This document shows positions 52,441-64,000 of a stretch of 64,000 nucleotides of DNA, in pieces. Source of the stretch: Malacoraja senta (lineage: Eukaryota); contig CM075989.1 of NCBI GenBank assembly GCA_038087875.1, forward strand, positions 12,154,001 through 12,218,000, in the 5' to 3' direction. Position 1 is the stretch's first letter; every line of letters starts with the position of its first letter. A program made the position numbers and the translations under genes. The notes under the pieces are model-generated. The model did no database searches and was not told the origin of the DNA. It worked only from the letters and a program-made list of their open reading frames with translations.

Positions 52441-54002
52441 GAAACGAAGATTGTTGTTGCGCTATACAAGAACAAATATGGATGGCTAACCATCTTCTAT
52501 TTCTTCAGCAAGTTTGTTGAAATAGAAAAAAGTTAACAAAAAGTGATTTGATACTTCATTAGTATCAAGTCCAAAGATACTACTTGTTTTATTGCCAGTG
52601 AATGAGATAGTAAATCTTGGGATAGTAAAACTGTTTTTGAAACAAAACCATCATCCAAACCTGCAATTAATATTCCATGACTGAGGTAACAACAGGATAA
52701 CTGGATTCTTCTTCCAATTGTTCCTTCCCTACTGGGCACCGTGTGCTATGCAAACCCATATTAAAAATGATTCAGTACAGATAAAAGATAATAAATACTA
52801 CAACCTATGTCTCTTCTTAAAAATTCAGACCCAGTTCCTGCAGAAGAACAATTTTGACTTTGGCAACCAATGTTAAAAGTTGCAAGATGCAATGTTCAAT
52901 AAAGTATAGTGAAAACAATATTACTGTGTGCTAATGAAAAGTGCCACGTTGAATAAATCAGCCAGTTCTTCAGTGTGTCATAATGAAGACCATAACAACT
53001 TGGTCTAGATTAAAATATAGTAAAAAATGAGTCAAAAGGCAAGTTGAACATATGATTTTTACACGTGAATCACTAACCATTGACACACAATTCCCCTGTC
53101 CATATAACATATACTCAATGTTATATTATCTCTATAAACAAATATTATTAATTGATCTATTGTAAAGTATTGCTGACAAAACATAACAGTTGTCAAGGGG
53201 TTTGTCCAAATAAAATTTCCACTGAAAGATGGAATCTTAAAGCTATTATTCTAAACTTGTAAAATGGGCATCAAAACCAATTCTATTACACAAAATTAAA
53301 AGCTCAGTCGGGTTCATATTAAGTTTTGCCACTCATAATCCCAAACTAGAGGGCATTGGTTTAAGTGAGAGTGGAAAGATATAATAGGAACCCGAGGAGC
53401 AACTCTTTCCACATAGAGGGTGCAACATATATGGTATAAGCAACCTAATGAAGTAGTTGAGACACATACGATATCAAGACATTTGGACAGGTAAATGAAT
53501 AGGAGGTTTAGAGAGATATGGGCCAAACACAGGCAAATAGAACAAGCTTAGATGGGGCACCTTAGTCCGCATGGATGGGTTGGGCCATAGGGCCTCTTTG
53601 CATGCTGTGCAACTCTACAATACATTTGAAATTATCTATTGTGTACCAGTTATTCATCTTTATGAAATCATATTCAGTAATTGTGGTAACTTAGTAAACT
53701 GCGTTCTAACAGTAGGTCGACCTGAACAGTTAATTTTGTTTATTTTCTACAAAATGCTGCCCGCTGAGTATCTCCAGCATTTTTGATTTGATTTTAGATT
53801 TGCATCATCTTTCATGTTTTGCTCTTCTAGCCACATACATTATCCTGGTTGCTAGGTAGTACTGGAGAAAATCTTGAAGGAATAATGTTCAAGCTGCAGC
53901 AAGTGCCTGTAGTAGAATGATTAACTCTCCATGTCGAATAAAAAGGTACAATGTTTGGAAAAAAAAATTATACTGTTAGATTTACCTTTTTCCTACAATG
54001 AT

Positions 54003-54097
54003 TTAGCTGAAATGTGCTTGACTGCAGTTAATTACTGTATTGTAATAAAATGCTTCCTCACAATTGCCACTCAGAGTTGTGTCATCAGTTTGCAGAT
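54003..54097 (-). CDS. ZWILCH: Zwilch kinetochore protein, last coding exon
   Basis: ttttgaag| DLQTDDTTLSGNCEEAFYYNTVINCSQAHFS*. Resembles the recalled ZWILCH C-terminus ...CSQVHFK. Confidence 0.88.
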
Positions 54098-54715
54098 CTT
54101 CAAAACAAAAGGGAAACAAAATTAGCTGTGTATATTTTTAACTAATTTAAAACCAGTGTATCAATTTTCTTAGGCCATAGGAAGGTTAAATGACCACGCA
54201 TTTTCAAATGTGCTTTGATAAAGTATAATGCAACAGTACAGAAATTGACCATAAACATTCAAGTGTCATGTAATACATTTTGAAAATAAAGCATATTTTA
54301 AACAAAGTAACATTTAAAGCTCTCAAATAGGAACCCATTTAAAGTGTAATCTAAACTGACTAAAACACAGGTCACAGCTGTAGGTTTCCTAAACTACATA
54401 GCAATTTATACATGAACTCAGTGAGATAGAAGCATATTGTTAACTTAAACAAATTTATCTAATAGATATTTTTGATTAGAAAAGGTTACAAATAGGCCAA
54501 AACGATTCAAGGAAATCACTTAACAGCTAACTGAGTGGTCCATAATTTGAATCTGTACCATACAATGCAGCCCTGCCAACAGACCGACTTGGCAGCCAGT
54601 AAACAATGATCTGGAGATTCACTGCCATTTCCCCCTCATCTACTCCAACCTCATACCTGCCGAATGCCTTCTATCTCAATCTCATCTTCAAACCCTGCAA
54701 ACAAGGACATTGCCA

Positions 54716-55270
54716 CCGTGGTTGCAGCCAACAACCTTCTCGGCTGATCGAACGATGCGCTGCAGCCTCCGGATGTCATGCTTGGTGGCTGAGCCAAACC
54801 AGACCATGATGGAGAAGGTGAGGACAGACGCTATAATATACAACTGGACCATCATTGCCTGTGGCAGATTGTGTTTTCTCAGCTGCCGCAGGAAGTATAT
54901 CCTTTGTTGGGCCTTTTTGACTGTGGAGTCGATGGTGGCCTCCCATTTTAGGTCCCTGGAGATGATGGTTCCAAGGAACTAAAATGACTCCATAGATGTG
55001 ACTGTGGTGTTGTTGATGGTGAGTGGGGGGAGGGGAGGGGGAGCTCTCCTAAAATCTACAATGAATTCCACTGCCTTAAGATCATTGAGCTTCAGGTTGT
55101 TGCGATGGCACCAGGACACCAGCGGTGTCACTTCCTGTCTGTAGACAGATTGCTCCCCATCCTGGATCAGTCCAATCAGGGTTGTGTCATCAGCAAACTT
55201 GAGAAGCTTGACAGAGGTGTCTGTGGAGGTGCAGTCGTTGGTGTAGAGAGAGTAAAGGAGAGGGGAGCTG
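54716..55270 (-). mobile_element. Rex1/Babar-type LINE RT fragment
   Basis: Minus-strand translation LYSLYTNDC..KFADDTTLIGLI..WCHRNNLKLN..KKAQQRIYFLRQLRK. Confidence 0.8.
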
Positions 55271-55491
55271 GAAACTCTCAGACACCTCCTCGTACCTATC
55301 CCTGGACCATGAACCCACTCACAATTAGGCCACAGACTCCCATACCATCACAAAGCTCATCACTGTGACACCAAGATTGCTGGAGTTGCAGACTGTGAGG
55401 AAGGCTGTCAAAATATACAGCGGGATATATATCAGCTACAGAAATGGGCAGAGAAATGGCAGATGAAGTTTGAATGCATAAAAGGAAATAC

Positions 55492-55610
55492 CTGGGGTAG
55501 TAAATGTAATATGATCCACAGGTGGCTTGGTGTTCACCTGCCATATCGTCTTTAATTCTTTTTGCCCGTGACCACTAATAATCTCCATTCTCCACATGAT
55601 GGGATTTTCA
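55492..55610 (-). CDS. ZWILCH: ZWILCH internal exon
   Basis: ENPIMWRMEIISGHGQKELKTIWQVNTKPPVDHITFTTP. Phases 2/1 are consistent with its neighbours. Confidence 0.9.
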
Positions 55611-55959
55611 CTGGAATACAAGAAGCCAGAATTATAAGGAAATCAGTTACAAATATAAAGAACATTGTGTTTTATTACTATTTTCTCCAAAGCATCAACT
55701 CTATTCAGTCTTTGACCAGTAGCCAGATCAGTTTGCCAGAACCATTGTTTAACATATTTCTACAGGAGGTCATGAGTTGAATCTTAAATCATCTTATGTT
55801 TGAAGGCTGAGTATCCTGGTTGCACTAGGAGCACAATTTTTCTTAATCACTCAAAAGTACCAATGACTAAAGGCACAAAAGATAACCAGGGAGTCCACAG
55901 TTTAATAAAATTTAAATTAAACCATAAATTAGGGGAGGGGCAAAAAGTATATTGGATTA

Positions 55960-56308
55960 ACACGAAGATAGACACAAAAAGCTGGAGTAACCCAGCGGGA
56001 CAGGCAGCATCTCTGGAGAGTAGGAATAGGTGACGTTTCGGATCGAGACCCTTCTTCAGACAGGTTAGGGATATGGGAAACAAGAGATAGGCAGTGATGT
56101 GGAGAGATAAAGAACTATGAATGAAAGATATGCAAAATAGTAATGATGATAAACAAAACTGGCCATTGGTAGCTGTTTGTAGGGTGGAAAACGAGAAGCC
56201 AGTGCGACTTGGGTGAGGGAGGGATAGAGAGAGAGAGAGAGTGAGAGGGAATGCCAGGGCTACCCGAAGTGAAATAAATCAATATTCATACCACTGGGCT
56301 GTAAGCTG
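55960..56308 (-). mobile_element. Penelope-like pLTR fragment with hammerhead-like motif
   Basis: Same family as 6921-7329. CTGAAGA...GAAAC core on the minus strand. Confidence 0.7.
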
Positions 56309-56342
56309 TTGGATTGTTTTTTATACAAAAAGAGACTCCATT

Positions 56343-56465
56343 AGGGTGGCACAATTGAGCAGCTGGTAGAGCCACTACCTCAAAGCACCAGAGACCCAGT
56401 ACTATCCTGACTATGGATACTGCCTGTGTGGAGTTTACATATTCTCCCTCTGACTGCATAGATTT
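56343..56465 (+). mobile_element. HE1-like tRNA-derived SINE, degenerate; related copies at ~20596-20815 and ~37297-37392
   Basis: GGGTGGCACA..GCAGCTGGTAGAGC..GAGACCC..ATCCTGAC..TGTGTGGAGTTT..TTCTCC head recurs in the window. Confidence 0.6.
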
Positions 56466-57129
56466 CTACCTCCCTGCCCTTTAAGTATTTAAAAAAAAAA
56501 AAAAACATTCACCTTATCTTTAAATATTTCCCATAATCCCCTCCTACTCCACATTCAATTTTTTCAGTTAAATGTTTTCTCACAGCTGAGCCACTATACA
56601 AATGCAAGTTCTCTCAAACACAAATACAAATTACAAGCAGAATTAAGCCATTTAATAAATATGTCTAATTAGATTGTATCTGAAAGGAATACAATGTTAA
56701 AAAGTGGACAATTTTCAATATTTTCTTTGACATCTTATGCACTTCATCTATCTATATCGATTTGTAGCCTTCTTATTCCTCTTCACAATTTATATTCCTA
56801 CCAGTTATATCTATGCTGACTATCAACATTTTGATATAACTCATTAAAAGAAAAGACCTCAGCATTGTTTGTTCCCTGTGGCATACCACACATTGCATCT
56901 TGTTAATAAAAAAAACGATTAATGTTTACTCCGTTTCCTGCTAGCCAGCCACAGTGAAATGCTACCTCCTTACTTTTCCTCACACAGACTATAAGGATTA
57001 TGATTTTGTCCATTCTCCTTCAAGAAAGTAAACACAATAAATATATAAACTAACAGCATTTTCTAACATAAATTATACTCCAAATACCTATTTGGGCATT
57101 TTGATCAAAGATATTGTTCAATACCATTC

Positions 57130-58175
57130 AATACCATTATACCATCCAAGCTCATCTCCAAACTCGTGGAACTTGAGAGTCAGCATTCACCTCTGGAACT
57201 GGATCCTCGACTTCCTGACCAACAGACCACAATCGGTGAGGATACATGAAAAATCATCCTCTACAATAATCCTCAACACTGGTGCCCTGCAAGGATGCGT
57301 TCTCAGTCCCTTCCTTACACACCCACGACTGTGCAGCCAAATACAAAATCAAACTCAATTTACAAATTTGCAGATGACACCACTATAGTGGGCCGAATAT
57401 CAAATAATGACGAGACACAGTACGGGAGGGAGATTGAGAAACTCGTAACCTGGTGCCAAGACAATAACCTTTCCCTTAATGTCAGCAAGACAAAGGAGAT
57501 GTGATTAATTTCAGTAAGCGAAGCGGTACACATACCCCGATATACATGGATGGCACCAAAGTAAAGATGGTTGAAAGCTTCAAATTCCTAGGAGTAAATA
57601 TCACCAACAGCTTGTTGGGAAGTTTGGCATATCCCAAACAACTCTCATCCCAACTTCTACAGATGCGCCATATAAAGCATTTTTATCGGGATGCATCACA
57701 ATATAGTATGGGAACAGCTCCATCCAAGACTGCAAAAAAATTGCAGAGAATCGTGGACGCAGCCCAGACCATCACACGAACCAACCTCCCTTCTTCCATT
57801 GACTCCATCTACACCAGCATAATCAAGGACCAGTCACACCACAGTCATTCCCTCTTCTCCCCTCTCCCATCAGGCATGAGGTACAGGTGTGAAAACACAT
57901 ACCTCCAGATTTAGGGACAGTTTCTTCCCAGCTGCTATCAGGCAACTGAACCATCCTATCACAACTAGAGAGCAGTCCTGACCTACCATCTACCTCATTT
58001 GAGACCCTCAGACTATCTTTAATCAGACTTTACTGAAGTTTACCTCGCACTAAACATCATTCCCTTTATCCTGCATCTGTACATTGGAGATGGCTTGATG
58101 GTAATCATATACAGTCTTTAAGCTGACTGGATAGCACGCAACAAAAAAGCTTTTCACTGTACCGTGGCAAAAAAC
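57130..58175 (+). mobile_element. Rex1/Babar-type LINE fragment
   Basis: [50 protein letters not shown]. (aaact)n tail. Confidence 0.8.
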
Positions 58176-58216
58176 TAAACTAAACTAACAGCAGACACAT
58201 TTCATTTTAGCCTTAC

Positions 58217-58312
58217 TTTTCATGGAAAGCTTTAATGGCCCTAGGATTGATTGGTAACTGGAAAACATGTTGTTCATCTAGTGGATTGTCCTTGTAGTAT
58301 CTAGAACAGGAC
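58217..58312 (-). CDS. ZWILCH: ZWILCH internal exon
   Basis: SCSRYYKDNPLDEQHVFQLPINPRAIKAFHE, with the NPLDEQHxFQLP motif. Confidence 0.92.
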
Positions 58313-58974
58313 CTGTTGTAAGAGAAACCAAGGGGAAGTAATATAATATTTTTTTTTGTAAAGACAAAAGATACTACCAAAGAAAATAAATTTACAATAA
58401 AAATGTATATATTAAATCCTCCAACTCCAAAGTATACTATTGATTTCCATTATCAATCAAAACCCTCTAATTTTAGTGCATTACAAACATTAACCCTTCA
58501 TTCAGTTCATTATCTCAATTTTTTAATCAAAGCAAACAGAAACCAAGGTTAACGACCTTCCCCATTCTCTCTTCTTCCTTCACTGTGTATGCCTCTCTCC
58601 TCCTTTCTCCCTTTGCATCCTCATCACTTTCAAAATGAGATGAATACTGTATAATCTAATCATTTTCAGATAGTTTTTTAGCCGTTTCAAATATTATTCC
58701 ACGTGTATTCATTTAAATAATTCTCCGATTTTCTGCACAATGTAAAATTCCCATTCTTGCCAACTCTATAAGACACGTCTTAGATACCTACCAATTCTCA
58801 TTTACTTTAAAATGTATTGATTGTGAAAAGCACACTTTTAATATAATGAACATATTTGTATTTATTTTCTATATTTCACACTTTTTACAAAGATGTGCAG
58901 CATTGCAACAAAATAATCTTGTCTGTACCTCCCCAATCTACATTTTTGTTGGAAAACAAACTCTTCCTAAAACA

Positions 58975-59372
58975 AAGTAGACACAAATTGCTGTAGTAAT
59001 TCAACGGGACAGGCAGCATCTCTGGAGAAAATGTCTGCACAATGTTAGATTTAGCTCTTAGGGCTAAAGGAATCAATGGATATGGGGAAAAAGCAGGAAC
59101 GGGGTATTGATTTTAGATGATCCACCATGATCTATATTTAATGGCAGTGCTGGCTCGAATGGCCAAATGGCCTACTCCTGCACCTATTTTTCTATGTTTC
59201 TATGAAAAGGAATAGGTGACATTTCAAGTCGAGACCCTTCTTCAAGAACGGTCTCGACCCAAAATGTCACCTATACCTTTTCTCCAGAGATGCTGCATGT
59301 CCCGCTGAGTTACTCCAGCATTTTGTGTCTATCTTCAGTGTAAACCAGAATCTGCAGTTCCTTCCTACACAT
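58975..59372. repeat. Fold-back Penelope-derived element, interrupted by a CR1 3' end at ~59046-59203
   Basis: Inverted arms meet at ~59240. The CR1 tail is flanked by GAAAA. Confidence 0.7.
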
Positions 59373-60030
59373 CTCCAAGTGGTCTTTAAGAATTAGTATA
59401 ACAAAGATCAAATGGAAAAAGATTAAGAATGACGGTGAAGAGGGAATATAGCTGATTGAAAGAGTTGAGGGGGATGGATGGAGTAAAACTAAAAAGTGAT
59501 AAGTGGATCCAGATGAGGAGTTGATTGCAGATAGATAGCGGAGAGGACAGTAAAGATAGTACCCAAGCCTTGAGATGAAGGGGACAAGACAAAAGGGTGC
59601 AAATGGTGGAATCTAATAAGGAAGGGGGAGTGAATTGTAGAATCAGAGGGAGGGATGGTGGGTGGAAGGAAATGGAGAGGTTAAGGGGTGGGGAGGGTGT
59701 GGAGAAGAAAAATGTGGTTTCTTCTATCTCCTCTCTCGTCCATCAGTCTGAAGAGGGATCCTAACCCAAAACATTGTCTGTCCATTTTCTTCCACAGATG
59801 CTGCCTGACCAGTTTGTTGTTAGTTCAAAATTCTAGCATCCACAGTCTCATGTCTCCATTTTCGGGCACTGTTCAATTAAAAACATATTCTAGAATTGAA
59901 GGGACTTCTAAAGGAATAGATTTTTACAAGCAAAAGATGTGTTTTTTTGCAAGTCTGCAATCTTTGTTGTAACAAGACCATTATTTACGTAGAAATTTTA
60001 ATTAAAAAGGGTGCTTTTCAAAATACTCAC

Positions 60031-60167
60031 TGTGTCAACGCAAAGAGCTTTTCGTGGTTTAAAGTGAGAAAAGCACTGCAACTCACTACCAGCTCAAGCA
60101 TGTGATGGAGCTTATGGAGACGGAGCACCTGCTCTTCTAAATTTACAGTGGAATTCACAAAGTAGTC
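60031..60167 (-). CDS. ZWILCH: ZWILCH internal exon
   Basis: [46 protein letters not shown]. Confidence 0.92.
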
Positions 60168-60264
60168 CTGCAGAATAGCATCAAGTGTCAATAAAGCATA
60201 ATTATTAGACAGGAAATAACGTTTAGTCGAGTCACAATTTATAAACATTATTCATTGTCCTTAC

Positions 60265-60293
60265 CAAGTAATTCAAAGTAGTGAGTTCTTGAC
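60265..60293 (-). CDS. ZWILCH: ZWILCH 29-nt exon
   Basis: ttccag|GTCAA...TTG|gtaagg. GQELTTLNYL bridges the phase-1 and phase-0 neighbours. Confidence 0.88.
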
Positions 60294-60790
60294 CTGGAAG
60301 AAAATAATTTGTCAATAACTAATTCCATTGAACAAAAAATTACATTCATATTTTTGCAATGTGCAAGAGACATGCAGGGCTTGCAGTTACTACCCCCCCC
60401 CCCCCCCCTGCCCCCGCCCAACATCACATCATATGCAATTAACCCTCTCATTAAATTGGTTCTAAATCCTTGGGGGAAGAGTGCTCATGTCATTGACCAG
60501 ACTTTCCAGATTACCTTTCCTTATCACTCTTACTCCTCTCCACTCTTTAAAGGTTTGTTGGAACTCTACTTGTCCTCAATTGATTCAGCAGCAACAGAGG
60601 ATGAGAATATATCCTATCACAATTAAACAGTGCCATGTTACACAAACACTTCATGCCATTACACTACCTCAACCTTCTCCTGCACCTATTTTCTATGTTT
60701 TTGTATATGGAAGAAGTGTATAGACATTTTCAAACATAATGTGTTATTAATATTTTCGTTACAAATCAATAAATACTCTGGAACACCTAC

Positions 60791-60947
60791 CGATAAAATA
60801 ATTTATGTAATCCCTCCGCAATTTATCCAGACCCATCTCCAAAAGCATTCGTATAGCAGTTAGTCCATTAATATGGACAGCAGGCATAGCGGATTGGTAG
60901 GACTGTTGGATTAATTTGCTGAGAGAACTGTTGCTCCCTCGGTGAAT
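60791..60947 (-). CDS. ZWILCH: ZWILCH internal exon
   Basis: [17 protein letters not shown]...[19 protein letters not shown]. Confidence 0.93.
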
Positions 60948-61455
60948 CTGAAAATTGATCAGAAATTGTACAGTGCTCAATTACAGTAGGCATATTGTAA
61001 GAATTACACCTAGCTACAAAATTTGTGAAAACAATTTAAGAAATGATTCTCTTAACAGCTGTACTTCTGGAATATCTGTATAACTACAACAATTTGGATG
61101 GTTTGACTGAGGAATTATAAATGACGCAGTGCAGAAATCAGTCAGAAGGCACCAATTGGAAGTATTGTGGCCTTTACGCTTAGCTCCAAATATTGTCAGA
61201 TACAAGTACTCTGCAGATAGTGCCAATAATAAATCACACTACCTCCAAATACCCAATTGCTCTGTCACACCAAAACAGATGGTCTCATGCCCTAGCATTA
61301 ATCACCAAACAATGAAATAAACATATAAATCACATTTTAACTGATCCTGTATTAGAGTATCTTCCAAAACTTCCAAATCTTAAAAGCAATATATTTTAAA
61401 AATATATATTTCAGTTAACATTTTAACAAACATTAAAATATGATTTTCTCCATAC

Positions 61456-61535
61456 CCATGGTTGAATATCCTTGCATTTTAAGTGTTGGATAACTAGCAT
61501 TAAGCAATCTACCACATCTCGATATGAAGAAACAG
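61456..61535 (-). CDS. ZWILCH: ZWILCH internal exon
   Basis: VSSYRDVVDCLMLVIQHLKCKDIQPW. Poly-T acceptor, |gtatgg donor. Confidence 0.9.
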
Positions 61536-62827
61536 CTAAAAAAAAAAGAAAAAAGAGTAAAACTCAAAGAAAGGAACACCAGGCTAACAAGAGGAGTAGA
61601 AAGCGCAGGAGTTCCAACGGCATAGTCCTTTTTAAAGGTACTGATTGAAAGCTTTCACGATAACTCTCAAGCAACCTCCTCTTTGCTCTCCACAGATGCT
61701 GTCTGACGTTTAGAATATTCAACACTCTGGTTTCAGGACAAGAGAAAGCGAAGATCACCTACTCTGTTTTCACTTAAATCTACATTAATTGCAATATATT
61801 TCAATACTTTCTACTTTTCGCAAAATGTTTACAGTTCTAACTATTATTGAACCTAATTATTGCATGAATACTGTCCCCAAGTAAGCAAATCTTCTGAGGG
61901 TGACCACATGTATTCATTATGTATCTTTCTTGGCAAGACACCAGCAGAGAGTGAATCTATTAGGAGCATGTATTCCAGTCTCTGATATCTTGAATACTCT
62001 ATCAAACTTCTGTAAGTGTATGGTGGAAAGTACACCAATTGGTTGCATCAGGGCTTGTTTGGTCACTCAAACACCCAAGAATGAAGGAGGCTACAGAAAG
62101 TGGTGAACACTGTTGTATTTTTCTATGTTCATCCCAGGTATTGACCTCACTACCATCAAAAGGATGCCACTGACGGCTGTGGAGGGCAAGTCAGTGGATT
62201 GATTAGTAAGGGTGTCAGGGGTTATGGGGGGGAAGGCAGGAGAATGAGGTTGAGAGGGAAAGATAGATCAGCCACGATTGGATGTTGGAGTAGACGATGG
62301 TCCAAATGGCCTATTTCTGCTCCTAGAACATATAAACATGATGCTCTGGATGCACTTCCTCAGGCAGCTGCAAATGTCATCAAAGATGTCACCAAACCAC
62401 CCTGGCCAGGCTCGCTGCCAACTTGGGAAATGTAGTACAGGAGCCTGAGAACTGTTAACTCTAAGTACAAGAACAGCTTCTTCCCAGCAACCATTTAGCT
62501 CTGCACACTGTACCTCAGCAACAACTATTATGGATTTTGTTTGGGTTGCGCCGTGTACTTTGGTTTGTGCTATTATGGTCTGGTTACATAGTATTACTGA
62601 TTATTTATTCTATTATTGATTATTTTATATTTATTTGTTGTGTTAGTGTGTTAATGTGCCTGTAAAGCTGCAGCAAGTAAGAATGACATTGTTCCGTTCC
62701 CAGTGCATATGACAATTAAATACTCTTGACTCTATCCAACATTAGTAAGTGGAATCTATGTATCACTATGCTCTCTTAATGGGAAAACCTAATCCACAGG
62801 CAGCATCTGTCCCGCGGGAATACATAC

Positions 62828-62936
62828 TTTCCCTCATTCTAGTCCAAAGCTGCTCCGCAAAATCAAGATCACCACGTTCAGGCGTAAATGACGAATGGAT
62901 GGTTGATTCAACAGCAGCTGCATCACTTCTCAATTT
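62828..62936 (-). CDS. ZWILCH: ZWILCH internal exon (most 5' exon found; gene continues toward or beyond the window end)
   Basis: [36 protein letters not shown], with the [11 protein letters not shown] motif. Confidence 0.9.
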
Positions 62937-62998
62937 CTGATGCAAAACAATCAAAAATTAATTAAAACAAAATCCTGGTCAAAAATCTATTGCTAGTA

Positions 62999-63426
62999 CA
63001 GGTCCACTACTGATTTTCCAGCACCTTTGGTTCTAGACCTTTTCTGGATTATCCGTTTTGCCAGATCGACATACATCACGGCCTCTGAAAGGAGTCCAAC
63101 GTTACCAGAAAAGTCCATTCAGGCCGCCAAGGGGCCGAGATACGGGCCCACAGAGTTGGCCTCGGCTGGAGTTCCATAGCCCCGGTCGCAGGGGACAAAT
63201 CTGATCTGCCAATTAGCCGTGGAAGTTGGATATGGGAACGGAGTTCCAGAGCCCCAGCCGCACGGGGCAAATTTGACATTTCGATCAAGTGCCGATGACG
63301 TTGAGATTGGCTGCCTCACTCGGCCTAGGCACTACATTTTCAGAGGGATTTCAAGTTCTCTCGCAATTTTGTCCGGATTAAGAAGGTGTCAAACTACCAG
63401 TGGCCGGAAAATCAGTGGCGGACCTG
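62999..63426. mobile_element. Tc1/mariner (pogo/Tigger-like) MITE
   Basis: 24-bp TIR CAGGTCC(A/G)C(T/C)ACTGATTTTCC(A/G)GC (21/24 match) flanked by a TA TSD. Confidence 0.88.
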
Positions 63427-64000
63427 TATCTTAGATTATTTGAATGATATATTGTATTCCATGGTGCTGCTATCGTATTATGATACTAAATGTTGCAAAC
63501 AGTTATTCACAGAAGAGATTTACCACAAAATCCTGTCAGCTCAAAACGGAAATTCCAAACATATATGAAAATAACTTACAAATTGACAAGTATCCAGAGT
63601 ATTTGCAGTACACAGAAACATGTTGAAAATATGTCTTACACTTTACATGACTTACACTAATTTTTTTCTAAACTTATTTAAAATTATTCTATTAAACCTT
63701 TTTAAATCTATGAAATGGATGGTTTAGATACTGAATTAAATAGTCTTTTGTAACTCATTTATATTGAACACCTTTAAACTAAGTACAATAGAAACATAAC
63801 ATAGATTTAACATTCTATCTCCTATTTTTAAACAACAAAACATCAATGAATATCCCCCAGCATGAACACCCCTCACTTTGTGGAGGACAAAGAAAAGGAA
63901 ACTCTGCTGCCATTTATAACCAAAATGTTTAGAAGGCATAAGCATGCTACTTCAGGCATGTTATTTGTAAAATAATATCCATTGACAAAAATAAATCAAA

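Noticed and set aside
56343..56465. tRNA gene
   Set aside because: No cloverleaf. It is a degenerate tRNA-derived SINE head present in several copies.
62937..64000. RPL4 and its intronic snoRNAs, or further ZWILCH exons
   Set aside because: No matching exons or convincing C/D boxes were seen; they are probably beyond the window.

Overview
Vertebrate nuclear DNA, AT-rich and intron-dominated. The repeat content (HER1/CR1 LINEs, HE1-like SINEs, Penelope remnants) suggests a cartilaginous fish, probably a skate or ray; this is inference. Three spliced genes were reconstructed by hand from GT-AG junctions and phase. SNAPC5 (+) has 3 coding exons and 106 aa, downstream of a CpG island at ~5.95-6.55 kb. 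LCTL/gamma-Klotho (+) has 13 coding exons and 566 aa. The last 8 coding exons of ZWILCH (-) run tail-to-tail with LCTL. LCTL intron 12 holds a full-length but degraded 5.1-kb DIRS1-type tyrosine-recombinase retrotransposon whose ITR, ICR and 3-bp recombination core can be read directly. The most interesting signal is an extra in-phase LCTL exon that replaces the transmembrane anchor with a soluble C-terminus ending in the KDEL-like motif HDEV, plus a candidate 39-nt microexon. Other observations are a probable antisense overlap of the ZWILCH and LCTL 3' UTRs, Penelope-type minimal hammerhead ribozyme motifs, tandem Helitron-like elements, and clean MITEs with TSDs. Protein identities come from recalled family sequences, not from database searches.
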